From the NCBI GenBank assembly GCA_041163625.1, contig JBEARB010000253.1:11034-75033 (forward strand): a DNA stretch of 64,000 bases, in the 5' to 3' direction. A model generated the notes under the pieces. That model made no database searches and had not been told where the DNA came from. It saw only the letters and a program-made list of their open reading frames with translations. This DNA is from Pseudomonadota bacterium. Lineage in GTDB: Bacteria > Myxococcota_A > UBA9042. The translations under genes were made by a program, and so were the position numbers. Positions 46,268 through 54,757 of this stretch are shown in pieces. Numbering within the stretch: the first letter of the stretch is position 1; every line of letters begins with the position of its first letter.

Positions 46268-46891
46268 TCAGATGCGGGCGAGCCAATAGGCGCGGACGTC
46301 GGCGTCGAGCGGCAGCGATTCGAGCAGCGCGCGCGAGGTTCGGGCGCGCACGGCGCGGGCGGCTTCTGCCGGCACCGGCTCGGGTGCGAGCGAGCGACGC
46401 AGGACGGCCTCGAAGAGCGCCGCACCCATCACGATCGACTCGGTCTCGATGGCGCCGGGCAGCACGCGGACCTCGACCGTCGGCTTGCTCGGGTGCTGCG
46501 ACGCCAAGCCGAGCAGGTTCAAATCGCAGAACTTGCTCAAGCCGACGCCGGCGAGCGCCGCGCGTGCCTGCGGCCAATCGAGCTCGACGAATCCGGGCGT
46601 CTCGACGCATTGCCGGAGCGCTGCCGGCCACGCGCCGAGCTGCCGGCAGTTCGGGTTGGTGCCGCTGCGGTCGAGATCGTGCTGCAGCGTCAGGTCGTCG
46701 ACGCAGCTGGCGATCCAGCGGCCGTCTGGGCGCTCGACGCGGAAGGCCAGCGTGAGGTTGTCGAAGACTTCGACGCCGGATGCCTTGCTCGGCTCGGTCT
46801 GGGCGAGGAATCCGCGGCGCACGCGGCCAGCCTGGGCGTGCGCGATGCGCTCGGCGAGGGTGGCGCGAGAGGCACCGCGGGGCGCCATCAA
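46268..46891 (-). CDS. Hypothetical protein (207 aa).
   Basis: Coding-like composition (…FDNLTLAFRVERPDGRWIASCVDDLTLQHDLDRSGTNPNCRQLGAW…). I recognise no family. Confidence 0.4.
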   Translation of the reverse strand: MMAPRGASRATLAERIAHAQAGRVRRGFLAQTEPSKASGVEVFDNLTLAFRVERPDGRWIASCVDDLTLQHDLDRSGTNPNCRQLGAWPAALRQCVETPGFVELDWPQARAALAGVGLSKFCDLNLLGLASQHPSKPTVEVRVLPGAIETESIVMGAALFEAVLRRSLAPEPVPAEAARAVRARTSRALLESLPLDADVRAYWLARI

Positions 46892-46919
46892 CCGGCGGCG
46901 CGGTCGTCGGGCGGCGCGG

Positions 46920-48317
46920 CTACGCCCGCCGCGCGAGGCGTCCGAGCCCGTCGTAGGCGGCGTATTTGTAGAGCTCGCCGAGCGTGGGGAAGTTGAAGAC
47001 CGCGTCGATGAAGGCGTCGATTCGCGCGCCGAGCTGGATCGCCATCATGCCCACGTGCACCAACTCGCTGGCGTTGTGGCCGACGATGTGCACCCCGAGA
47101 AGGCGCCGCGTCTCCGGGCAGAACACCAGCTGCAGCAAGCCGGCGGCGTCGCCTTGCAGGTGGGCCCTGGCGTTGTCGGCGTAGCGCGCGATGCCGACCT
47201 CGAAATCGCGCCCCTGCGCGCGCAAGCCGGCGCAGGTCTCGCCGACCATCGAGACCTCGGGGATCGTGTAGATGCCGTAGGGGAGCAGGCTCGCGACCTC
47301 CTGCTTGTACGGGAAGTCGAAAGCGTGACAGACCGCGACGCGCCCCTGCTCCATCGACGTACTCGCGAGCGCGGGGAAGCCGATGACGTCGCCGACCGCG
47401 TAGATCTGGGCCGTGCCGGTGTGGTAGCGAGCGTCGACGTCGAGCAACCCGCGCCTGTTGGCGGCGAGGCCGACCGTCTCGAGCCCGAGGCCGGCGGTGT
47501 TGCCGCTGCGGCCGGCGGCGTAGAGCAGCTGGTCGAAGCGCTCGCGCCGCTCCCCTCCCGGCCCGTGCAGCACGACGTCGACGCCGGCGTCGTCGGCCTG
47601 CACCGGCCCGAGCCGATGCTCGCGCACGACGTCGATGCCGGCCGCGGCGAAGGCGGCGAGCAGCTCGTCGGTCACCATGTCGTCGAGGAAGCCGAGCACC
47701 CGGTCGCGGGGCTCGACGAGGGTCACGCGCACGCCGAGCGCGGCGAAGATGCTGGCGTATTCGCAGCCGATCACGCCGGCGCCGTAGACCAGCAGCGTCT
47801 CGGGTAGGAGTTCCATCTCGACGACCTCGTCGCTGTCCCAGATGCGCGCGTGGTCGAAGGGGAGCTCGGCGGGACGGAACGGATGCGTGCCGGTCGCGAC
47901 CAACAAGACCTCGCCACGGAGGCGGCGCTCGGGGCCACCGTCGCGGGGCGCGAGGACGACGTGGTTCGGCCCGTCGATGCGGCCGCGACCGAGCAGCAGG
48001 TCGACGCCGTGGCGCGCGAGGTTGCGCTCCATGCGCGCCTGCTCCGCGGCGGTGACGGCGGCCTTGTGGGCGAGCAGGTCGGTGAGGCGGGCGCGCCGGT
48101 CGACGGCGACCTGCACGGCGGAGAGTTCCAGCGCGCGGGCACCGGAGAGGACCAGCGCGGCCTCGCGCAACGATTTGCTGGGTAGCGTACCGGTGTGCAC
48201 GCAGGCGCCGCCGATCGGGCCCGGATCGAGGACGGCGACGCGCTTGCCGAAGAACGCGGCCTGGGCGGCGGCCTTCTCGCCGGCGGGGCCGCAGCCGAGG
48301 ATGATCAGGTCGTACAT
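46920..48317 (-). CDS. sthA: Soluble pyridine nucleotide transhydrogenase (SthA/UdhA).
   Basis: Internal ATG 48317. MYDLIILGCGPAGEKAA (FAD GxGxxG motif), GDVIGFPALASTSMEQGR and NFPTLGELYKYAAYDG (C-terminal signature). Confidence 0.85.
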   Translation of the reverse strand: MYDLIILGCGPAGEKAAAQAAFFGKRVAVLDPGPIGGACVHTGTLPSKSLREAALVLSGARALELSAVQVAVDRRARLTDLLAHKAAVTAAEQARMERNLARHGVDLLLGRGRIDGPNHVVLAPRDGGPERRLRGEVLLVATGTHPFRPAELPFDHARIWDSDEVVEMELLPETLLVYGAGVIGCEYASIFAALGVRVTLVEPRDRVLGFLDDMVTDELLAAFAAAGIDVVREHRLGPVQADDAGVDVVLHGPGGERRERFDQLLYAAGRSGNTAGLGLETVGLAANRRGLLDVDARYHTGTAQIYAVGDVIGFPALASTSMEQGRVAVCHAFDFPYKQEVASLLPYGIYTIPEVSMVGETCAGLRAQGRDFEVGIARYADNARAHLQGDAAGLLQLVFCPETRRLLGVHIVGHNASELVHVGMMAIQLGARIDAFIDAVFNFPTLGELYKYAAYDGLGRLARRA

Positions 48318-48700
48318 GGCGCCTCGAGGCTCGTAGAAGGGCCGCGGCCGCATCGTAGAGGCGCGCCGGCGATGCCGCCAGGGACGACACCGGAAAACCG
48401 GCACGCCCGGCGCGAGACCTTTGACACGTCGGCACGCAAAATCGCAATATGTTCGTGTATGTCGTTTGTGCACGAAGGACTTTGCGATCCCCCCGGTCGC
48501 GTTCGCACCCGTGGAGCGAGCCGTGCGCGACGGACGGTGGACTGCGCTGACGCTGGTGTGCGTCGCGCTGCTGGCGAGCTGCGGACAATCGAACGGCGAT
48601 GCCGGCTCGGACGGCAGCATCGGCGACGGCAACGGCACCAGCGACGCGGTTGGGGACGCAGGCGACGCCCTGGGCACGGCTGCGCGGTGGAGGAGACACG
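48318..48700. promoter_or_regulatory. Divergent promoter region between sthA and the ABC export operon.
   Basis: A local AT-richer stretch (tttgacacgtcggcacgcaaaatcgcaatatgttcgtgtatgtcgtttgtgcacg) lies between divergently oriented genes. Confidence 0.4.
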
Positions 48701-49948
48701 ATGAGACGCGGACTCGCGTTGATGCGAATCGCCCTGCGGAACGTGCTGCGCAACCGCCGCCGCACGCTGATCACCCTGGCGGCGCTGCTGGTCGGCGTCA
48801 GCGTGATGGTCAGCATCCGCGGTGTGCTGAACGGCCTGCAGGGGGCGCTGGTCGACAACGTCGTGCAGGGCCAGACCGGCGCGCTGCAGGTGCACCGCAA
48901 GGGCTACCGCCAGAACGTGCTCGCCTCGCCGCTGACGCTGGACTTCGAGAGCAAGGCGATCGCGGACAAGGTCGCCGCCGTGCCCGGTGTGAGCGCGGTC
49001 GCCCCGCGCATCGCCTTCGGCGGGATGCTCGCGGTCGGCGACGAGACGCTCTTCCTCTTCAACCAGGCCATCGACCCGGCAGCGGAGCTGAAGGTCTGCC
49101 CCAAGCGGGCGGCGGCGATGCACGACGCGGGCAAGTTCTTCGGCGCCGGCGGCGTCGAGCAGGTCGCGGACGCCATCCTCGTCACCGCCGAGCTCGAGAA
49201 GGCGTTGCGCCCGGCGATGGCCAAGACCCAGGACCCCGCCGCCCTGCTCGCACCCGACCGGGACGGCGCGCTGTCTGGCGAAAACGCGACGATCGTGGGC
49301 AAATTGGACCTCTCTGGCCCGGGTGACGGCAAGCTCGCGATGGTCCGCCTCGACGTCGCGCAGCGGCTGCTGAAGATGGAGGGGCGCGTCACCGAGCTCG
49401 CCGTCGCGGTCGACGACCTCGCCCACCTCCAGCAGACCAAGGTGGCGCTGCAGCAGGCGCTCGGCGCCGAGTACGAGGTCCACACCTGGGAGGAGATCGC
49501 CTCCTTCGTGGTCGATATCCGCAACATGCAGAACGCGCTGCTGAGCCTGGTCGCCGGCGTGTTCATGCTGCTGATGCTGCTCGGCGTGGCCAACACGATG
49601 CTGATGAGCGTGCTCGACCGGACGCGCGAGATCGGCACGATGATGGCGGTCGGCGTGCGCCGGCAGACCATCGTGACGCTCTTCCTGCTCGAAGCCGGCT
49701 TCATCGGCGCGCTCGGCGGCAGCCTCGGCGGCGCGATGGGCTGGAGCCTCTCGAGCTGGCTCTCGGCGAAGGGCATCTCGATTCAGCTGCCGACCAGCGA
49801 CGTGCCCTACGTGATCCATCCGCACGTGCCCTTGCACTACCTCGCCGCGGTGGTGGCCATCGCCGCCGCCGGCGCCGTGCTCTTCGCGCTCTACCCCGCT
49901 TGGCGGGCGAGCCGGCTGCGCCCCGCCCTTGCGCTGGCCGGCGGCTAG
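48701..49948 (+). CDS. FtsX-like ABC transporter permease (LolC/E / MacB-type).
   Basis: GGAGGAG RBS. MRRGLALMRIALRNVLRNRRRTLITLAALLVGVSVMV is the canonical start. Four transmembrane segments flank a large periplasmic domain. NTMLMSVLDRTREIGTMMAVG. Confidence 0.8.
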   Translation: MRRGLALMRIALRNVLRNRRRTLITLAALLVGVSVMVSIRGVLNGLQGALVDNVVQGQTGALQVHRKGYRQNVLASPLTLDFESKAIADKVAAVPGVSAVAPRIAFGGMLAVGDETLFLFNQAIDPAAELKVCPKRAAAMHDAGKFFGAGGVEQVADAILVTAELEKALRPAMAKTQDPAALLAPDRDGALSGENATIVGKLDLSGPGDGKLAMVRLDVAQRLLKMEGRVTELAVAVDDLAHLQQTKVALQQALGAEYEVHTWEEIASFVVDIRNMQNALLSLVAGVFMLLMLLGVANTMLMSVLDRTREIGTMMAVGVRRQTIVTLFLLEAGFIGALGGSLGGAMGWSLSSWLSAKGISIQLPTSDVPYVIHPHVPLHYLAAVVAIAAAGAVLFALYPAWRASRLRPALALAGG

Positions 49949-49957
49949 GAGGATTCG

Positions 49958-51184
49958 ATGCTCCGCTACCTCCGCCTCGCCGTCCGCAACGTGCTGCGCA
50001 GCCGCGCGCGCTCGGTGCTGACCATCGGGGCCATCGGCTTCGGCGTGTGGATGACCCTGGTGCTGGGTTCGTTCATCGCCGGCCTGCAGAACGCGCTGAT
50101 CGACGATACGGTCAAGGGTCGCGTCGGTGCGATTCAGATCCATCGCAAGGGCTACGACGACCTGCTCGGCGACGCCCCGCTCGACCTCGACCTGCCGCAA
50201 GACGCCCCGTGGCTCGAGAAGGTCCGCAGGACCCCGGGCGTGGTCGCGGTGGCGCCGCGGATCCGTTTCACCGGCATCCTCACCAACGGCAGCCAGAGCG
50301 CGAACTACGTCGGCGTCGGCGTCGATCCGAAGCTCGACCGCCTCGCGCTGCCGCTCTTCGCCGCCAGCGTGCAGGGCCACATCGTCGGCGACGACCCCGA
50401 GCAGACCGCCGCCGTCGTGGTCGGCGACGAGATGGCCGCCGCGCTCGCCGCCGAGCCCGGCGCCACGCTGACGCTGCAGACCGCGACCGCTTCGGGCCAG
50501 CAGAACGCGATGGACGCCGTCGTCGTCGGTCGCCGCAGCGCCGGCACCCCCTTCGACAACAAGCGTCTGGTCTTCGTGCCGCTCGCGTGGACGCAAGAGC
50601 TGCTCGACATGAAGGGCCGGGTCACCGAGTTCGTCGTCGCCGTGGAAGACCGCGAACAGGTCGGCGCCATCGCGGCGCAGCTGCAGCGCGAGCTCGGCCC
50701 CGACCTGGTCGTCGAGCCTTGGCAGGCGCTGGCCTCGCAGGTCGCCGACGTCGTGCGCGTGCAGCGCCTGGTCCTCGGCGCCATCGGCGCGGTCTTCTTG
50801 ATCATCGCGATCATCGGCGTCGCCAACACGATGCTGATGAGCGTGCTCGAGCGGACGCGCGAGATCGGCACGATGATGGCGCTCGGCGTCCGTCGCGGCA
50901 CCATCACCGTGCTCTTCCTGCTCGAGGGCATGACGCTCGCGGTCTTCGGTGGCGGCCTCGGCGTCGGCCTCGCCATCCTGCTCGCCAAGATCGTCGGCGG
51001 CCTCGGCGGCGTGAGTGGCTCGCCGCCCGGCACCGTCGCCAAGTACGTGATCATCCCCGACCTGCCGCTCTGGCTGATCGCGCCGACGGTGGCGCTGACG
51101 CTGCTCGGCACCCTCGCCGCCGCCGGCTGGCCCGCCTGGCGCGCCTCACGCCTGCGCCCGGTCGAGGCCCTGCGCGCGACCTGA
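49958..51184 (+). CDS. FtsX-like ABC transporter permease (second paralog).
   Basis: MLRYLRLAVRNVLRSRARSVLTIGAIGFGVWM…NTMLMSVLERTREIGTMMALG. Confidence 0.8.
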   Translation: MLRYLRLAVRNVLRSRARSVLTIGAIGFGVWMTLVLGSFIAGLQNALIDDTVKGRVGAIQIHRKGYDDLLGDAPLDLDLPQDAPWLEKVRRTPGVVAVAPRIRFTGILTNGSQSANYVGVGVDPKLDRLALPLFAASVQGHIVGDDPEQTAAVVVGDEMAAALAAEPGATLTLQTATASGQQNAMDAVVVGRRSAGTPFDNKRLVFVPLAWTQELLDMKGRVTEFVVAVEDREQVGAIAAQLQRELGPDLVVEPWQALASQVADVVRVQRLVLGAIGAVFLIIAIIGVANTMLMSVLERTREIGTMMALGVRRGTITVLFLLEGMTLAVFGGGLGVGLAILLAKIVGGLGGVSGSPPGTVAKYVIIPDLPLWLIAPTVALTLLGTLAAAGWPAWRASRLRPVEALRAT

Positions 51185-51221
51185 ACGATCGAACGGGCGG
51201 CCCCGCCCGAAGGAGGAACCG

Positions 51222-52016
51222 ATGCGACGATTCGTCCCCGCCACCCTGAGTGCCCTGGCGCTCGCGCTGGTCGCCGCCGCGGCGACGGCGGCCCCGCCCA
51301 AGGCGCCTGCGCCACAGGCTCCCGCGGCGCCCGCCAAGGCAGACGCCGCGCCCGTCACCGCCGAGGCGCTGCTCGCCGCCTACGACGCCGTGATGGGCCC
51401 GCCCAACTTCGAGGCACAGATCCGCATGGTCGCCTACCGCGACGACGGCACCAACCGCGACTACACGATGAAGGTGCTCAAGAAGGGCGACGAGAAGTTC
51501 CGTATCTGGTTCTCGGCACCCTCGGCGGTGGCGGGCCAGGAGATGTTGCGCGTCGGCGACAACCTCTGGGTCTACATGCCCAACCTCAAACGCGCCGTGC
51601 GCTTGGCGAACCGCGACTCCTTCCAGGGTGGCGACTTCAACAACGCCGACGTCCTGCGCGTGAACTACCAGAAGGACTACAGCGCCCGCATCGACGACGG
51701 CTGCGGCAGCGAGCAGGCGTATTGCGTCGAGCTCACCGCCAAGACCAAGAACGCTTCGTACGACCGCGTGCAGCTCTGGTTGCGGAAATCCGACCGGCAG
51801 CCCGTCGCCGGCGCCTACTACGGCGGCTCGGGCAAGCTGCTGCGCCGCGCCACCTTCCGCGCGCACAAATCGTACGCCGGGCTGGTGCGCCCCGGCGAAA
51901 TCGTGATGCGCAACATGCTCAACAAGAAGCGCTACTCGATCATGGCCTGGGAGTCGATCACCACGCGGGTCGACCCGTCGGCGTCGCGCTTCGTGCTCGA
52001 CGATATGGGGAAATAG
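51222..52016 (+). CDS. Outer-membrane lipoprotein-sorting (LolA-like) periplasmic protein.
   Basis: Signal peptide MRRFVPATLSALALALVAAAATA. …YTMKVLKKGDEKFRIWFSAPSAVAGQEMLRVGDNLWVYMPNLKR is typical of LolA-like / DUF4367 proteins encoded next to FtsX permeases. Confidence 0.65.
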   Translation: MRRFVPATLSALALALVAAAATAAPPKAPAPQAPAAPAKADAAPVTAEALLAAYDAVMGPPNFEAQIRMVAYRDDGTNRDYTMKVLKKGDEKFRIWFSAPSAVAGQEMLRVGDNLWVYMPNLKRAVRLANRDSFQGGDFNNADVLRVNYQKDYSARIDDGCGSEQAYCVELTAKTKNASYDRVQLWLRKSDRQPVAGAYYGGSGKLLRRATFRAHKSYAGLVRPGEIVMRNMLNKKRYSIMAWESITTRVDPSASRFVLDDMGK

Positions 52017-53566
52017 TGCGTTGGGCGCTCGTGCTGCTGCTCGTCTCCGGATCGGCGTGGGCGCAGCCCGCGGACGATTGGGAGCCGCCGCCGCTGGCGC
52101 CGCGTACGTCGGTGCCGACGCCGGGCGCGGCCACGCCGACCGCGACCGACGCGGCACCCGCCCTGCTCGGCGGCGGCGACCGCAGCCTGTTGCAGAAGAA
52201 GGTCGTCGGCTGGGTCGACAGCCGCACCACCGGCGGCTACGCGAGCGTCGCGCACCTGCTGCCCGCCGACGATACGCCGCACCTCTCGAACCTGACCGAG
52301 GCGAACCTGCTGCTGACGCTCGATTGGGGCGATGTCGCCCGCGTCGTCGGCGACCTCTCCTGGGTCTGGGGCCGCGGCGCCTATTTCTACGCCGACGACG
52401 GCAGCGCCGGCCGCCTGCGCATCGCCTCGCACGACGTGCCGGCGGCGCAGTCGGGCACGTTCGTCAGTGAGCTCTACGGGCTGTTCCGCTTCGGCGAGCA
52501 TTGGAACCTGACGCTCGGCAAGAAGCGCGTGGTCTGGGGGACGGGCCTGGCGTGGAACCCGACCGACCTGCTCAACCCGCCCAAAGACCCCACCGATCCG
52601 ACCCAACAGCGCACCGGCTCGTGGCTCGCGCGCGTCGAGGGCCAATACGAGCGCGTCTCGTTCAGCCTGGTCGGCGCGGCCAAGGCGACCGCGCAGCTTG
52701 GCGGCATGCCGAGCCGCTGGCTCTGGAACCCGGCCGACGACACACCCGAATACGTCGTCGGCGCGCGCGTCTACGCCCTGGTCGCCGACACCGACCTCTC
52801 GCTCTTCGGCTTTTTCGGCAACCGCTTCAACGACGTCTTCGAGGACAAGCCGCGCCTGGGCGCCGCCTTCTCGCGCGTGGTCGGCGACAGCTTCGAAGTG
52901 CACGGCGAGGCGTTGCTGCAGCGCGGCTCCTCGCGCCTGTACCTCGACCGCAGCTGCACCGCCGACCTCGCCGCCGCCGCGGGCTGCGTCGCCGCCGGCA
53001 AGGACGTCGCCGCCCACAGCCGGCTCGACGACGAACGGCTGCGCGCCAAGACCTTGGTCGGCTTGCGCTACCAATTCGGCGCGGCGGCGAGCGTCTCGGT
53101 CGAATACCTCTACAACCAAGAGGGCTACGACGCCGGCGAATTCTCGGCCTTCGCGGGCGCGATGGCGCTGCGAAAGTCGGCGGCGCAGGCGGGGCTGACG
53201 CTGCCGGCCGGGGCGCTGCCGGGGATGCCGGGGGCGACCAGCACCGACCAAGGCGGCACGCCGCAGAAGTTCGCCTTCGAGCCGCTGCGCCGGCACTACC
53301 TCTTCGTGACCTACCTGCACCCGCAGCTCGCCGACGACTTCACCATCACCACCGTGCTGCTGCTCGGCCTCGAAGACGGCTCGGGCCAGCTCGCGCCGCA
53401 GCTGACGTGGTCGGCGCGGCAATGGCTCAACCTCTCGGTCGGCGCGTTCGTGACGCTGCCCGGCCTACCCGGCCTCGGCGTGACGACGCGCTACGGCGAG
53501 GTCCGGGAATTCCAGCTTCAACCCAGCGTGTGGCGGGCGTTCTTCGCCGCGCGCGCGTTCTTCTAG
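52016..53566 (+). CDS. Secreted protein, probable outer-membrane beta-barrel.
   Basis: The GTG start overlaps the upstream stop. Signal peptide VRWALVLLLVSGSAWAQ. Alternating amphipathic beta-strand-like segments, with a C-terminal aromatic residue (…AARAFF). Confidence 0.55.
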   Translation: MRWALVLLLVSGSAWAQPADDWEPPPLAPRTSVPTPGAATPTATDAAPALLGGGDRSLLQKKVVGWVDSRTTGGYASVAHLLPADDTPHLSNLTEANLLLTLDWGDVARVVGDLSWVWGRGAYFYADDGSAGRLRIASHDVPAAQSGTFVSELYGLFRFGEHWNLTLGKKRVVWGTGLAWNPTDLLNPPKDPTDPTQQRTGSWLARVEGQYERVSFSLVGAAKATAQLGGMPSRWLWNPADDTPEYVVGARVYALVADTDLSLFGFFGNRFNDVFEDKPRLGAAFSRVVGDSFEVHGEALLQRGSSRLYLDRSCTADLAAAAGCVAAGKDVAAHSRLDDERLRAKTLVGLRYQFGAAASVSVEYLYNQEGYDAGEFSAFAGAMALRKSAAQAGLTLPAGALPGMPGATSTDQGGTPQKFAFEPLRRHYLFVTYLHPQLADDFTITTVLLLGLEDGSGQLAPQLTWSARQWLNLSVGAFVTLPGLPGLGVTTRYGEVREFQLQPSVWRAFFAARAFF

Positions 53567-53575
53567 GAGTCCGCC

Positions 53576-54292
53576 ATGGCCCTCGTCACCCTGCAAGGCA
53601 TCCAGAAGTCCTACGAGCTCGGCAAGACCACCGTCACCGCGCTGCGCGGCGTCGACCTCGAGGTGCAAGCCGGCGAGTTCACCGTGGTGATGGGCCCCTC
53701 GGGCTCGGGCAAGACCACGCTGCTGAACATCATCGGCTGCCTCGACCGGCCGACCGGCGGCAGCTACGTGCTCGACGGCGAGGCCATCGGCGACCGCGAC
53801 TTCAACGACCTGGCCGAGATCCGCAACCGCAAGATCGGCTTCATCTTCCAGAACTTCAACCTGATCCCGGTGCTCTCGGTGCGCGAGAACATCGAATTCC
53901 CGTGCGTGATCCGCGGCGAGGGCGGCGCCGAGCTGAAGGCGCGCGTCGAGGCGATCGCCCGCGACGTCGGGCTCACCGACTTCCTGCACCACAAGCCCGA
54001 CGAGCTCAGCGGCGGTCAGCGGCAGCGCGTCGCCATCGCCCGCGCCCTGGTCACCGGTCCGCAGCTCGTACTCGCGGACGAGCCGACCGCCAACCTCGAC
54101 AGCAAGACCAGCGACCAGATCATCGACCTGATGTTGGCGCTGAACCGCGACAAGGGCGTAACCTTCCTCTTTTCCACCCACGATCCGCGCGTGATGGAGC
54201 ACGCTCGCCGGGTGGTCTCGATTCACGACGGCGTCATCGTCGACGGGACCGCAGCGGCGGCCGCCGACGTCGCCAGGATGCACGCCCGATGA
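53576..54292 (+). CDS. ABC transporter ATP-binding protein (LolD/MacB-type).
   Basis: GPSGSGKTTLLN (Walker A), LSGGQRQRVAIARAL (ABC signature), LVLADEPT (Walker B). Confidence 0.9.
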   Translation: MALVTLQGIQKSYELGKTTVTALRGVDLEVQAGEFTVVMGPSGSGKTTLLNIIGCLDRPTGGSYVLDGEAIGDRDFNDLAEIRNRKIGFIFQNFNLIPVLSVRENIEFPCVIRGEGGAELKARVEAIARDVGLTDFLHHKPDELSGGQRQRVAIARALVTGPQLVLADEPTANLDSKTSDQIIDLMLALNRDKGVTFLFSTHDPRVMEHARRVVSIHDGVIVDGTAAAAADVARMHAR

Positions 54293-54696
54293 GCACCCCT
54301 GCGAACACCGAGGTCCCCGTCGCGCTCCGGCGCTGGTTCGTCGTCCACTTCTGGGCCGACGTACTCTTCGCCCTGCCGCTCTTCCTCGCGCCGCAGGCGA
54401 TGCTCGAGGCGTTCGGCTGGCAGCAGATCGATCCGATCACCGCCCGCCTGGTCGCCGCCGCGCTCTTCGGCATCGGCATCGAGTCCTGGCTCGGGCGCAA
54501 CGCCGACCGCTCGAGCTTCCTGACGATGCTGCAGCTGAAGGTGATCTGGTCGGCGACCGCGACGATCGGCATCGCCTGGTCGCTGCTCGACGGCGCCCAC
54601 GGACGGCCGCCCTTCGCCTGGGCGGTGCTCGCCATCTTCGCCGGCTTCCACGTGCTGTGGTTGAGCTGGCGCATCCGGTTGGGCCGGATGGGTTGA
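54289..54696 (+). CDS. Small 4-TM membrane protein.
   Basis: ATGA overlap with the ATPase gene. 135 aa, hydrophobic (…WFVVHFWADVLFALPLFLAPQ…). Confidence 0.45.
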   Translation: MSTPANTEVPVALRRWFVVHFWADVLFALPLFLAPQAMLEAFGWQQIDPITARLVAAALFGIGIESWLGRNADRSSFLTMLQLKVIWSATATIGIAWSLLDGAHGRPPFAWAVLAIFAGFHVLWLSWRIRLGRMG

Positions 54697-54757
54697 GCGC
54701 CGACGCCCGCGGTCGCATGATCGGTCCGGGGCCGCGACCACGCGGCGGGAGGGTCGG

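Noticed and set aside
48526-48700. Lipoprotein-signal-like short frame (VRDGRWTALTLVCVALLASCGQSNGD…) upstream of the first ftsX gene
   Set aside because: It runs into the permease gene in a different frame and has no stop before it. I treat it as an orphan 5' fragment, not a gene (mentioned in findings only as part of a pattern).
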